This document shows, piece after piece, positions 35,542 to 44,825 of a DNA stretch of 64,000 nucleotides. The notes beneath the pieces were generated by a model that was given only the letters and a program-made list of their open reading frames with translations, was not told the origin of the DNA and ran no database searches. Both the position numbers and the translations under genes were made by a program. Source of the stretch: a virus; IMG/VR virus record IMGVR_UViG_3300031730_000002, positions 21,866 to 85,865 of that record; one strand, written 5' to 3'. How positions within the stretch are numbered: position 1 is the first letter of the stretch; the number at the start of each line of letters is the position of its first letter.

Positions 35542-36430
35542 TCATCCACTCCGCGGCGTCAGCGATCTTCGCCTTGCCTTCTTCGATTTCCTGCTCGCGG
35601 GCTTCCCAAGCGTCTCGATCGATCAGCTCTTCAAGATGCTCGACAATCATGCCGTCCATCTCGACAGGTGACAGAGCATCAAGCTCCCACGACTCGTCGC
35701 CGTGGACCTGCTCGTACTCCTTGAAGCGTGAGTCGGTCTGTTTGGCTGGGTTGGGTGGCAAGTCGCGCTCGTCGACCTGCTCGCGGTTAAGCGCGATGCG
35801 ACGAAAATCGATGCTCAGGTTCGGCGTGTCGTGGTTGGCGAAGAGGTTGAAGCGCTGCTCCAGGTCTCGGCTCATGTCGATGCCACTGGGGTCATGGTCA
35901 CCGAGGTGCAGGATCACCAGCTCTTGCTTCGCCTTCGACGCCTTGTAGAAGTAGCTCTGCACGATCTCACGCAAGATCGTGACGCTGGGGTAACCACGCG
36001 CCGCGAGGTAGGGCACGTCCCACTTCGTGCAGGTACGGTCGATCACGCCGGCGAGAGCTTCCTTCTCCACCACGACCAGCACGCGCATCTTCTGCGTGGC
36101 CCACATGTCCATGTGAAACTGATCGGCGCAAGCCTCGACGATGCTCGATGCTGAAGACCACGATGCCTGCTGCACCAGATCTCGGGTGCGGTCTTCGATC
36201 GCCTCCCAGTCCAGCAGACCGGCCAGCCGGGCGTTGTTGCCCAGCATCGTGATGCGCTTGTAGCTCTCGACCGTATTGGGTATCCAGTCCTTCGCGACCA
36301 ACTGGTAGTAGAGCTGGCGCATCGTCAGCCGATAGCCTTGCTTCTGGTAGGTGTCGATAATCGCCGTCATGCGCGAGATCATTGCTAGCGACTCGGGCTT
36401 GAATTTCGTGTGTTCGTAGGCTTGCTTCAA
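35522..36430 (-). CDS. Topoisomerase VI-A/Spo11-like protein (WHD + TOPRIM)
   Basis: TMRQLYYQL, VVEK, RGYPS, GDHDPSG..M, ELDAL. Confidence 0.8.
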   Translation of the reverse strand: MKQAYEHTKFKPESLAMISRMTAIIDTYQKQGYRLTMRQLYYQLVAKDWIPNTVESYKRITMLGNNARLAGLLDWEAIEDRTRDLVQQASWSSASSIVEACADQFHMDMWATQKMRVLVVVEKEALAGVIDRTCTKWDVPYLAARGYPSVTILREIVQSYFYKASKAKQELVILHLGDHDPSGIDMSRDLEQRFNLFANHDTPNLSIDFRRIALNREQVDERDLPPNPAKQTDSRFKEYEQVHGDESWELDALSPVEMDGMIVEHLEELIDRDAWEAREQEIEEGKAKIADAAEWMNDQEEE

Positions 36431-36810
36431 GTGGAGATCCTTTCAAAGAGTTCAGCCTGTGTCTCAGGCATGTCGGGCCACCAGCGGTTGCCCTTCAGTA
36501 CGTTCGCCTCAAGTGGGCTGAGTGTGAGATTGGCGGGACAGTGCAGGCCGCAGACCAGTGGGTGCCGCAGCGGCACGATGTGTTCCACCGACCAGCGCAC
36601 TCCCGTGGCAGCGGTGGCAATGCGCGCGAGCCGGTAGAACTGACCGAGATCAGGCTTGTCGACCCAGCGCGGAACAGCGCGTCTCTCATGGCGACGGCGA
36701 TGAGTTCCTGGTAGACGGGAACCAAAGACCTTCGGGCCTTTTCGTATAGCAAGCTGTCCGAAAAGTGGGCCTCTACAGTGCCCGTCACTGAGATCAAAGC
36801 TGGCCTGCAT
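36427..36810 (-). CDS. HNH endonuclease
   Basis: VEHIVPL...VCGLH.P.NL......N..KGN; true start may be further downstream. Confidence 0.8.
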   Translation of the reverse strand: MQASFDLSDGHCRGPLFGQLAIRKGPKVFGSRLPGTHRRRHERRAVPRWVDKPDLGQFYRLARIATAATGVRWSVEHIVPLRHPLVCGLHCPANLTLSPLEANVLKGNRWWPDMPETQAELFERIST

Positions 36811-37063
36811 CTTCGTGGCGCACGCAACCGAAGGCTTCTCCAGTGCAGAGCACTGCGTAATACCCGCTGGCGTCCGTCATACCAAATCCGTTGGGCTCCA
36901 CCACGGCTTCGGCGAAGGTCTGCGTCGGCATCTTGCAGATGCGGACTTCAAAGCCGCGGCTCATTGGAATGTACGTATCCGGGTCTACCGGCTCGCACAA
37001 GTCATTGGCACGGAAGTCACCGCCGGCCGGCACCCAGTGTTTGCAGGTCTTGCAGGTCTTCAT
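36794..37063 (-). CDS. Cys-rich hypothetical protein
   Basis: CKTCKHW...FGCVRH. Confidence 0.55.
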   Translation of the reverse strand: MKTCKTCKHWVPAGGDFRANDLCEPVDPDTYIPMSRGFEVRICKMPTQTFAEAVVEPNGFGMTDASGYYAVLCTGEAFGCVRHEDAGQL

Positions 37064-37895
37064 GTCAGTGCACCTGCCCGTTGTTCGCAGCCCCAGTCAC
37101 GGTGTCTCTCGCCTGCTTGCGCATCGTCGCCACGAGATCTTCGTTGACTTGAGCGAACAGATGTTGCATCTGCTCTTCCGTGCCTCCGATGCGAGTGTCA
37201 ACGAACTGGCCGTCGTTGCCGATCGTCAGACCCATGAACATCCACTCGCCGGTGCTTGGGTCTTTGCCACACAGGAACGCTACCTGGTTGCCGTCTGCGT
37301 CACGCAGAACCTTGATGAAGTCTTTCACGCTTTGCTTTCTCTCGGCCATCGGCCAGTTGAATGGTGCCAATGTAGACACCCTTGAGGGTCACGGCCACAA
37401 GTCGGCCGTTCTTGACCATGTCGTGCTGAGCCACGGCTGCACCGAAGACCGCACGGAACGACACACCCCAGTGGGGAATGTCGACCGTGCTGTCCTTGTA
37501 GGTGATGTTTGAGTTGACCGCGGGGTACAGCATGGTCAGCGGCTACCAGCGACGTGCTGATAGGTCTCCAGTTGGCCTTGGGCGTTCTGACGAAGGTGAG
37601 GCTTGCCCTCAACCTTCGTCAAGCATTTGGATTGGTCCTGGTCGTTCTTGGGCGGGTCCGTCAAACGCTTGGGGCTTCCAAGGGGTGACAAGGGTTCGGT
37701 TATCTCGTGTACCGGGCGCATAGCGGCTCCTTGCTGACCTGACGTTGATATGCGAGCCGTAGTTTCCCATGGCGAGGGGGGTGTTGGGAATCAGGTCGAT
37801 CGTGACGACGTAGCCGAGATACTCCAACTCCGTCACGATCAGCGTGAGGGTGCTCATCAGCTCTTCGACCCGCCAATTGGTTTGCTTCCACATGG

Positions 37896-38423
37896 TCAGT
37901 CGCTTGAGCTGGAGCTGCTGTCCGAACTGCTGCTGTCGGAGCTGCTGTCGGAGCTGCAGCTCGACGGCGGCTCGTAGCGCTCGATCGGCGTGCTGTCGAT
38001 GCGGATGTCCTTGCAGACGCTGGCCTTGGCCACATCGACCGGATTCGGTGCTTCCCACCCGCCGCTCGCGCCGCCACCATCGAACTCGCCGCCCTTGCCG
38101 GACTCGAACACAGCCGGCGCCGTGTCAAGCGGCGGCCATGCTGAGGGACGGTCAAGGCTGCGCTCGATCGGGTGACCGTAGAAGTAGACCACCTCTCCGC
38201 CCTTTGGCAGCACAAGAATCTCATCGTCCCTTATGGGCTTACGAGAAACTCCCTCGGCCTTGAAGCGAACGTTGGGCGGCCCCGGCGGTGCCGGAGGCTT
38301 GGGGTAGGTGGGTCTCGGGTTGTGCCCGTAGATCTGCGGCATCGGAGGGATGCGCCTTGGCTCAGGCAGTGCAACATTGCCGCCACCGCCGAACAGTCTC
38401 TTCAACCAGTTGAAGTTGAACAT
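37896..38423 (-). CDS. Disordered Pro/Ser-rich protein with GGGASGGW motif
   Basis: AAAGGA RBS; FESGKGGEFDGGGASGGW; poly-Ser/Asp tail. Confidence 0.65.
   Translation of the reverse strand: MFNFNWLKRLFGGGGNVALPEPRRIPPMPQIYGHNPRPTYPKPPAPPGPPNVRFKAEGVSRKPIRDDEILVLPKGGEVVYFYGHPIERSLDRPSAWPPLDTAPAVFESGKGGEFDGGGASGGWEAPNPVDVAKASVCKDIRIDSTPIERYEPPSSCSSDSSSDSSSSDSSSSSSD
37905..37965. repeat. Short tandem repeats encoding SDSS
   Basis: (GGAGCTGCTGTC)n, imperfect. Confidence 0.7.
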
Positions 38424-38676
38424 GGTCTTCCTTTCAAGTAGAGTAGGCCCGCCGACTCAGCAGGCCCCTGTTTCATGTGAGAGTGTCGGGAGCCCTAAGC
38501 CCCAAGCCCTGAGTCGGCACCCTCTAAACGCACCAGCTCCAGCAGCACTTTCTGTAGCGCCTGTTCCAGCGCGTCATACGCAAGTCGTCTGATGAGCTTG
38601 GTGTCCGTGACTGCACCCGGCTGCTGTACCAACTTCAGGTGAACAATCACAGAGTGGTCATCTGTGCATCTGCACA

Positions 38677-39300
38677 TTACCCACCCTCGACGCTGTTGCC
38701 AACGATCTTCACGCTGCAGCCAACGCGGTCGCTCACCTCGTTGAACTTGTCGCGCACCGCGGCGCCAAGATCGACGCCGGTAGGGTGAGCCTTGTCAAAG
38801 CAGCCTGGAAGTCTTCGAGCGTCAAGGCAACGTCGCGCCAAGATGTCGAGGTAGCACTGCACGTCGGCCAGCTCCTTGCGCGCCTCGATCTCGTACTCAT
38901 CGAAGCTCAAGTCGCCCCGCTCGTACTTCTTGCGGATGTTCGCGAACTCGCCCAGCTCACCGACCAGCGCTTGCAGCCACTGAGCAGGAGACCAGTCGCT
39001 GCCGTCCGGCTCGCTGTGCGCGATGACGCCGTGCTTGTTCTTGAACTGCGGCAAGCGTGCGATGTTCGCCTTGCGCAAGGTGTCGAAGCTCAGCCCCTGC
39101 TCGGGCTCCTTCATCTCGTGCGCGCCGATGTTGCGCCCTGTGGCCGGCTCCAGCGCAATGCTCGGCTTGTACCCCAGCAACACGTGCGCCATGCCGCTCT
39201 CCAGATTCCGCAGCACGTTAAAGACTAGTGCCCAGCGTTGCTCCAGCGAGCAGTCGCGCGGATCGAACGTGCCCTGCGTGGGGTCGACGCCGCGGGTCAT
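38677..39300 (-). CDS. Second MazG-like NTP pyrophosphohydrolase
   Basis: GELGEFANIRKK...ELADV..YL...DL..AV..KFN. Confidence 0.8.
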   Translation of the reverse strand: MTRGVDPTQGTFDPRDCSLEQRWALVFNVLRNLESGMAHVLLGYKPSIALEPATGRNIGAHEMKEPEQGLSFDTLRKANIARLPQFKNKHGVIAHSEPDGSDWSPAQWLQALVGELGEFANIRKKYERGDLSFDEYEIEARKELADVQCYLDILARRCLDARRLPGCFDKAHPTGVDLGAAVRDKFNEVSDRVGCSVKIVGNSVEGG

Positions 39301-39692
39301 ACCGGCAACTCCACAGTCGAGCCGTGGTACTGGTAGGCACGCATGCGCATCGCAGCTTCGAGCCTGGTGTCGCTCAACGCTATCACCAGATCGACGGTCG
39401 AGCCAACCGTTGCCATCCAGCCAGAGCCTTCCGGGAACGTGCTGATCTTCTCCCGATCGATGATCGGCCCTGCGTGCCGGTCTTCCGAGCTGTAGCGCCG
39501 GATGTTCACGCCCCACTGCTCGGTGGCCACGTCCCAGCCAACAGCAGTGAGGTACTCGCTACCGGGGATCGAGAGCGGGAACAAGATCCCCGCCGCGGTG
39601 CGCGGCTGGCCAGTGCCCAGCTTGTAGCCTTCGGCCAGCGCGACCGCAAGGTCAAGGCGTGCGCCGCGTAATTCCGTGGTCTTGTACAGCAT
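39297..39692 (-). CDS. DUF2591/NinX-like protein
   Basis: EL.GA.LD.AVA.AEG...YS.....GPIIDRE.I...L.AAMR. Confidence 0.7.
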   Translation of the reverse strand: MLYKTTELRGARLDLAVALAEGYKLGTGQPRTAAGILFPLSIPGSEYLTAVGWDVATEQWGVNIRRYSSEDRHAGPIIDREKISTFPEGSGWMATVGSTVDLVIALSDTRLEAAMRMRAYQYHGSTVELPV

Positions 39693-39993
39693 TGGTGAAT
39701 CCTTGAAGTTGTGCGATGGTGAGTTCGTAGGCGAAGGTCTCCAGCATGCCGGTGTCCTTGTTCCAGGCTGAACCGAAGACCGTGGCGATTGCGTTGCAGG
39801 CGCAGCTGAGGTTGAAGCTCTTCGTGTACTTGGGCAGGCCGAGTGCGTCGAGCAGTGCCTGCGGGAAGTTGACGCCATGCAGCGCAGGCGGCTGCTGCGC
39901 CGCTGCCATGTAGGCTTCGCTGATCTGCTGTGGGCTGTCTACCGGCTCCGGCTTGACCGCTTGGTCCTTGAACCAACGTCCAAAGTCCTTCAT
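39652..39993 (-). CDS. Hypothetical protein
   Basis: ORF in operon. Confidence 0.5.
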   Translation of the reverse strand: MKDFGRWFKDQAVKPEPVDSPQQISEAYMAAAQQPPALHGVNFPQALLDALGLPKYTKSFNLSCACNAIATVFGSAWNKDTGMLETFAYELTIAQLQGFTNAVQDHGITRRTP

Positions 39994-39996
39994 GGC

Positions 39997-40173
39997 TCAG
40001 ACCCGCTTGAGCTGCGACGGCCGAGCCTTGATGACGCCGAGCATGCCGCAGTCGATGAAGCACCAGGTGCCGTTGGCCATCTCTTCGGTCTTGGTGACCT
40101 TGCCCTTGGCGGTCTCGCCGTTGCGACGGGTGAACTTGACGGCGGTGCCCTTGGCGAATTTCATGGAAGTCAT
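39997..40173 (-). CDS. Small basic SH3-like protein
   Basis: G..VKF...G...GKV pattern; highly biased codons. Confidence 0.5.
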   Translation of the reverse strand: MTSMKFAKGTAVKFTRRNGETAKGKVTKTEEMANGTWCFIDCGMLGVIKARPSQLKRV

Positions 40174-40231
40174 TTGTGTGTCTCGTGAAGTTGAAGAAGT
40201 TGTCAGTCTAACGGAGTGTGTGGTCTGCTGT

Positions 40232-40834
40232 CTAGCCGGCTGTGAAGTTCCCTCCATGCCAGAAGACTGTGCCGGAAGGCTCCGGCGGATTCGTGTTCTC
40301 GGCATCATGTGCACGCAGCATCTCGAACGCCAGCTCATAGGCCGCAGAGATCCGCGCACCTTCAGCACGAACTCGCGGCAGTGGTTCCAGGCGCTGCTCG
40401 ATAACGCGGTGCGCAAGGTTGGGCTTGCCGTCCTTGACCTGCACCTTCGCCTTCAGCGCCAGGAACTTCTTCTCGATCTCGTCAACCTTCTCCATGTTGC
40501 GTCGATGCTGTGCGTACTTGCCCTGCAGCATCACCGTGGCGTTGGTCACCACGTCACCTGCCGGTGTGTCGAGCACCGCGGCCATCGCCTCCATCACGAA
40601 GCCTGCAGCCTCCTGCTCGACTGGCGACTTCTCCTGCGCGCTGCCGGTCTCGTCATACTCCTTGCGTCGCTCAGGCACTGACAGCACGGCGTAGGCGTCG
40701 TTGACCTGCTGCATCTTCTCGGCGCTCCCGCCTTCACGGTCGGGGTGCGCCTTTGAAGACGCCTTGCGGTACGCCTTCTTGATGGTGTCTTCGTCGGCGT
40801 CTTTGGGGACACCGAGGGTTTCGTAGAGGTTCAC
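40232..40834 (-). CDS. J-domain (DnaJ N-terminal) co-chaperone protein
   Basis: LYETLGV...IKKAYRK...HPDR.GG...AYAVLS..RRKEYD. Confidence 0.92.
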   Translation of the reverse strand: MNLYETLGVPKDADEDTIKKAYRKASSKAHPDREGGSAEKMQQVNDAYAVLSVPERRKEYDETGSAQEKSPVEQEAAGFVMEAMAAVLDTPAGDVVTNATVMLQGKYAQHRRNMEKVDEIEKKFLALKAKVQVKDGKPNLAHRVIEQRLEPLPRVRAEGARISAAYELAFEMLRAHDAENTNPPEPSGTVFWHGGNFTAG

Positions 40835-41232
40835 CGTTTGATCTCCACCACCGGGCACATCTTCTCCTTCCACCCTCGGTAGGCCTCGCGCAGAAGACTC
40901 CCGCTCGTTGTTGAGGCTGTGCGCTCGCTCAGCATGTGCAGGCCCCCGACAAGCAGGCCAAAGGCCAGCAGGATCAGCGCGACTCCAGGCACCACGAAGA
41001 AGCCTGACTCGAACTCACCGAGGCCGATCCAGAAAAGAAGACCGAAGGCCGGCAGCACGACTGCACCACCGATGACGATAAAGCCTAAAAAGACCACCCC
41101 GATGAACTTGAGCGGGGCCACCAGCACGGAGCGCCAGAAGATCTCGCACAAGGTTTGCGTGCGTTGGTAGGGACTGAGCCCGCCGAACTCGGCCCACTTG
41201 ATGAGGGCGCTTTGTCTGTTGATTGTGATCAC
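40831..41232 (-). CDS. 2-TM membrane protein
   Basis: Two hydrophobic helices; GTGA overlap with the J-domain gene. Confidence 0.6.
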   Translation of the reverse strand: MITINRQSALIKWAEFGGLSPYQRTQTLCEIFWRSVLVAPLKFIGVVFLGFIVIGGAVVLPAFGLLFWIGLGEFESGFFVVPGVALILLAFGLLVGGLHMLSERTASTTSGSLLREAYRGWKEKMCPVVEIKR

Positions 41233-41401
41233 ACTGGCTCCGTTCTGATCTGTTTGCCGTCCGCGTCCTTGACGCAGACATGATGGGTACGATGCTCGGT
41301 GCCGCCGGGGTCAAGCACGACTGCGCAAGTCTGCGGTGTCTTCGTGTTGAAGTGGGCACCGAGCTTGCGCCCGCAGACCCAGCAGATGCTGGGTCTGGTC
41401 T

Positions 41402-41797
41402 TCACAGCGAGTCGGCGATGGTGCGCAGCTCGTCGAGCGACTTGCTGGTGAGCACTTCGTTTTCCTTGTGCTCAATGATGCCCAGCAGGCGCTGCTTGCG
41501 CTCCTTGTTCTCGCGCGCCGTCGCCGCTGCAGCGTTCTCTTCCAGGCGCACCGCGATGATGTGCTTGACGATGTCGAACGCAAGCTCGGCCGTCTTGTCT
41601 GCCGCCGCCGGCTTGGTCACGAAGGAGATGGTGTTCTCTTCCTTCAGTTGGCTGTAGAAGCCGCGGGCGATGTCGTCCAGGTTGGCCGCGCTGTTGGCGC
41701 TGGTCAGCGGCAGCTCCCACAGGTCTTCCACCGTGAGCATGCCTTTGGTGGTGTTGAAGCGGAGCTTGAGACGAGTGGCTTGTTCGAAGATGTTCAT
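41402..41797 (-). CDS. Helical hypothetical phage protein
   Basis: MNIFEQATRLKLRF...EDLWELPL; AAGGA RBS. Confidence 0.75.
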   Translation of the reverse strand: MNIFEQATRLKLRFNTTKGMLTVEDLWELPLTSANSAANLDDIARGFYSQLKEENTISFVTKPAAADKTAELAFDIVKHIIAVRLEENAAAATARENKERKQRLLGIIEHKENEVLTSKSLDELRTIADSL

Positions 41798-41819
41798 GTT
41801 GATTTCCTTGAAGTGAAGG

Positions 41820-43823
41820 TCAGAAGACCAGGTTGATGATTCGAGAGAAGCTGCCCTTGACTCGGCAGCGCACGCTGTTGCGTTGGGTGGATGAGAAGCC
41901 GAGGCCGGACAGCTGACGATCGCTCTCGTCAGTGCGCATCTTGCTTCCCACGAGTTCGAGTGTTTTGCGGTGCGGGGTGAGTTCCTCCTTCAAAAATTCG
42001 TTGTAGAAGCCGCGGGCCTGTCCCTCATTACGGCAAGCCTCCAGCATGAAGAAGTAGTGGCGGTTGCCGGTCTCTTCGCCATCCCAGTGGTTCGGGCTCA
42101 TCATCATCACGTTGACCGGCTGGAAGGTCTGCGTGGTGATGCCCCACATCTGCTTCGACGACTGCGTGCTGGGCAGGGACTCGATGATCTCAATACCCCT
42201 GGCCTTGCTGTACAGAATGTTGGCCACGCCAATCGTGTCCTTGGTGCGCAGCACCTTGTCGTAGACGATGTTGAGCTTTTGCCCGCCGAACTCGATCTCG
42301 ACTTCGAAGCCCACGCCTTCAGAGCGGCGGCTGTAGTTGTTGACCTGCAGCGCATACACGCCTTCACGCATCGTCTTCGCGTCGGCGTAGAAGATGTTCT
42401 CGACCGGCTTGGCCATCATGCCGCTGCCGCCGTTAGCATCGACATCCAGCTTGCCGCCGCACGAACTCTTCATGCTGCGGTTGCCGTAGTAGATGTGGCC
42501 ACCGCCCGGCTCGATCATGTGGAAGTCCAGATCGTCCGTGTAGTCCCATGCAAGGCGGCAGCACAGGTCACCAGTGACGTTGCCGCCGGCTGCCTTGACA
42601 CGCTCCTTGATCGAGTCGGCCACGCCGCCGTTGTATTCCCAGCTGAAGCGGTTGCCCCACTTGAACAACGGCTTCGCAGTCGGGTCTGCCGGCGCCACCA
42701 GCGACATCAGATTGCCGGCGTGACGGTTCTCGAACAGCAGCTCGATCGACTCGGCACGCGGCAGGATGTCGCGGATGAAGGTCTCGATGCCCACGTCCTC
42801 GACCTTGTCGAGCGACTTCTCCTTGACAGCCACCTTGGCCGCCAGATCATCGAACACATCGGCGTTCAGCTTCTTCTTGGCGTTGCGATTGGCGAAGAGG
42901 ATGTTGTTGACCGTGATGTCTTCGATGGTGGCGTAGCGACGCTCCAGCGCCGAGCCCAAGCCGAGTTCGTTGATGGCTTCCTTGGCCTTCTCGATCATCG
43001 CCTTCGTCACCAGCGCAGTCGGCCGCTTGTAGTTGGCCGGTGCGACCTTGTCCTCGAACGCCTTCACCGCCTTCTCCAGATCGACGCCTTCGGACAGGTC
43101 GACTAGCAGCGTGCCGATGACCGTGTTGCGGATCATGCCCTTCGGCGTGAGGTTGGCCCACACGAAGTTGTACTGATGCTCATGCTTGAGAGCGGAAAAC
43201 TTGACCTTCATGTCGGCGAAGTTGGTGACAGCGGCCTTGTGCTCTTCACCACGGTACAGCGCGTTCTGCGAGATCAAGTCGAGCACGGTGTTGATCGCCT
43301 CGTTGGTGATCTCCTGCAAGCCGCGGAGCATCACGTCGTAGTTCGCGCGCCGCTTGCTCAGCTCGGTCGCGATGTCGGCACCCGGCAGCACGAACTGGCT
43401 TGGGATGTTCACGAAGAAGTGCGGCCACGTGTGCACACCGTCGAGCGTGTCGACCAGCGTCTTGTCCGTGCCGGCCTTGGCTTCGTAGTGCAGGAAGGAG
43501 TTCTCGATCGGGTGCGACTTGACCAGCGCGGCCAGCTTGTCGCAGACCGCCTGGTAGTTCGCGTCTTCACAGAGCGCGTCCCAAATCGACACCACCTTGC
43601 CGTCGATGATCGCGACGACATCGCCGACTGCGCGGATGAAGCCCTTGCAGCAGTTGCAGTCGTGTTCGGTGTTCGTCTTGTAGATCGGGTTCGTGCCGGC
43701 CGGGAACGAAGACAGATAGCGTTCCCACATGGCGTCCTTGGAGACGGTGGTGCGGAACATCGGGTACTTCGCCATCGTGGCGAACTGGGCCGCTACAGCG
43801 ACCTTGATGTGTTTGAAGTCCAT
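41820..43823 (-). CDS. 667-aa protein with N-terminal HDCNCC motif and YfaP/DUF2135-like C-terminal domain
   Basis: LAW...DDLD.H..EP.G..IYY.N.....GKLDVD...PVENI...G.Y...VNNY. Confidence 0.7.
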   Translation of the reverse strand: MDFKHIKVAVAAQFATMAKYPMFRTTVSKDAMWERYLSSFPAGTNPIYKTNTEHDCNCCKGFIRAVGDVVAIIDGKVVSIWDALCEDANYQAVCDKLAALVKSHPIENSFLHYEAKAGTDKTLVDTLDGVHTWPHFFVNIPSQFVLPGADIATELSKRRANYDVMLRGLQEITNEAINTVLDLISQNALYRGEEHKAAVTNFADMKVKFSALKHEHQYNFVWANLTPKGMIRNTVIGTLLVDLSEGVDLEKAVKAFEDKVAPANYKRPTALVTKAMIEKAKEAINELGLGSALERRYATIEDITVNNILFANRNAKKKLNADVFDDLAAKVAVKEKSLDKVEDVGIETFIRDILPRAESIELLFENRHAGNLMSLVAPADPTAKPLFKWGNRFSWEYNGGVADSIKERVKAAGGNVTGDLCCRLAWDYTDDLDFHMIEPGGGHIYYGNRSMKSSCGGKLDVDANGGSGMMAKPVENIFYADAKTMREGVYALQVNNYSRRSEGVGFEVEIEFGGQKLNIVYDKVLRTKDTIGVANILYSKARGIEIIESLPSTQSSKQMWGITTQTFQPVNVMMMSPNHWDGEETGNRHYFFMLEACRNEGQARGFYNEFLKEELTPHRKTLELVGSKMRTDESDRQLSGLGFSSTQRNSVRCRVKGSFSRIINLVF

Positions 43824-44350
43824 GTGTTTCCTTTGAAGTGTTGGGCAGATCAGATGATGTCGCGCTTGAAGAACGGCACCGGCGGCTTCAGCAGCAAGGC
43901 GGTCTGCACCTTGCGCATGTCGTCGCAGTTGATGTTGTACTGGGGCTGCAGCTTGCCGATCTTCGGCGGCTTGACCTTGGTCAGGATGACGCCGGTCTTG
44001 GTGACTTTGAGCATTGGAGATCTCCTTCGAGGTTGGGGATGGTAGTTGTGTCTTCTCGGTGGGTCAAGTCTTCTCGTTCACGTACCTGAACAGCACTTCA
44101 CCCATCGGACCTTCGTACTCTTCGACGCCGGTCGCCGCCAGTGTGGCGTCGATCGCGTCCTGCAGATCACCGCCGACCAGCGGGCGCAGCCGCGCTGCGT
44201 TGCGCAGGTGCACCAGGATCGAGATGGTGGCCGCCGTGGCGCGCAGGTTTACATCGCTGCCGCTGAGCCCTAGGTTGCCCAGCCGCTTGGCCTCGTGTGC
44301 AACAGCACCGCGCATTTGCGCGATCTGCACAGCTTGCAAGGTTGAGATTT

Positions 44351-44623
44351 TCATACGATCTCCTTGAGTTTGAGTTTCATCTTCTCTTTGCGAGGCTTCT
44401 TCAGCACATGCTCGGGCAGCACCGCCACCGCAAGTCGTGACACACGGACAGTGGGGCCTCCACGGTTCACACACACCTCGCGGTGCTCGGCGCGAAGCAC
44501 GCCGTTCTCGTCCTGGAATACCCGAGGCAGGTCATCGTGATCTTCGACCGGCACCAGCGGCGTGTACTTGCCGTCGCTCAGCCCCCACGCAAAGGGCTTG
44601 GTGCAGAACTTGCAGATGGGCAT
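44351..44623 (-). CDS. Zinc-ribbon hypothetical protein
   Basis: CKFC...H...C. Confidence 0.5.
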   Translation of the reverse strand: MPICKFCTKPFAWGLSDGKYTPLVPVEDHDDLPRVFQDENGVLRAEHREVCVNRGGPTVRVSRLAVAVLPEHVLKKPRKEKMKLKLKEIV

Positions 44624-44825
44624 GTCAAGCTGTCGTCACCCCGCAGGCCGCGAGGAACTTGCTGCGGTCGAAGCGGGGGTTGTCGTAGTACAGCTCGGTC
44701 GCCAGCGACTCGGCTGTGCGCTGAACTGCGACCGGGCCGGCGCAAGCGGTGTCCGGACTTGCGAGCATGCGTTTGAACACCTCGGCGATGATGATGTAGT
44801 CTTTGCGGGTCATGTGTCTTTCCTC

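Noticed and set aside
14950-36430. Wadjet (JetABCD) system from the SMC-like ATPase and TOPRIM protein
   Set aside because: The ATPase is zinc-hook SbcC paired with SbcD, lies 18 kb from the TOPRIM gene, and no kleisin or kite subunits are seen
38439-38526. Hammerhead or HDV-like ribozyme
   Set aside because: CTGCTGA does not match the CUGANGA core and no consistent nested pseudoknot could be built; kept only as a generic structured RNA
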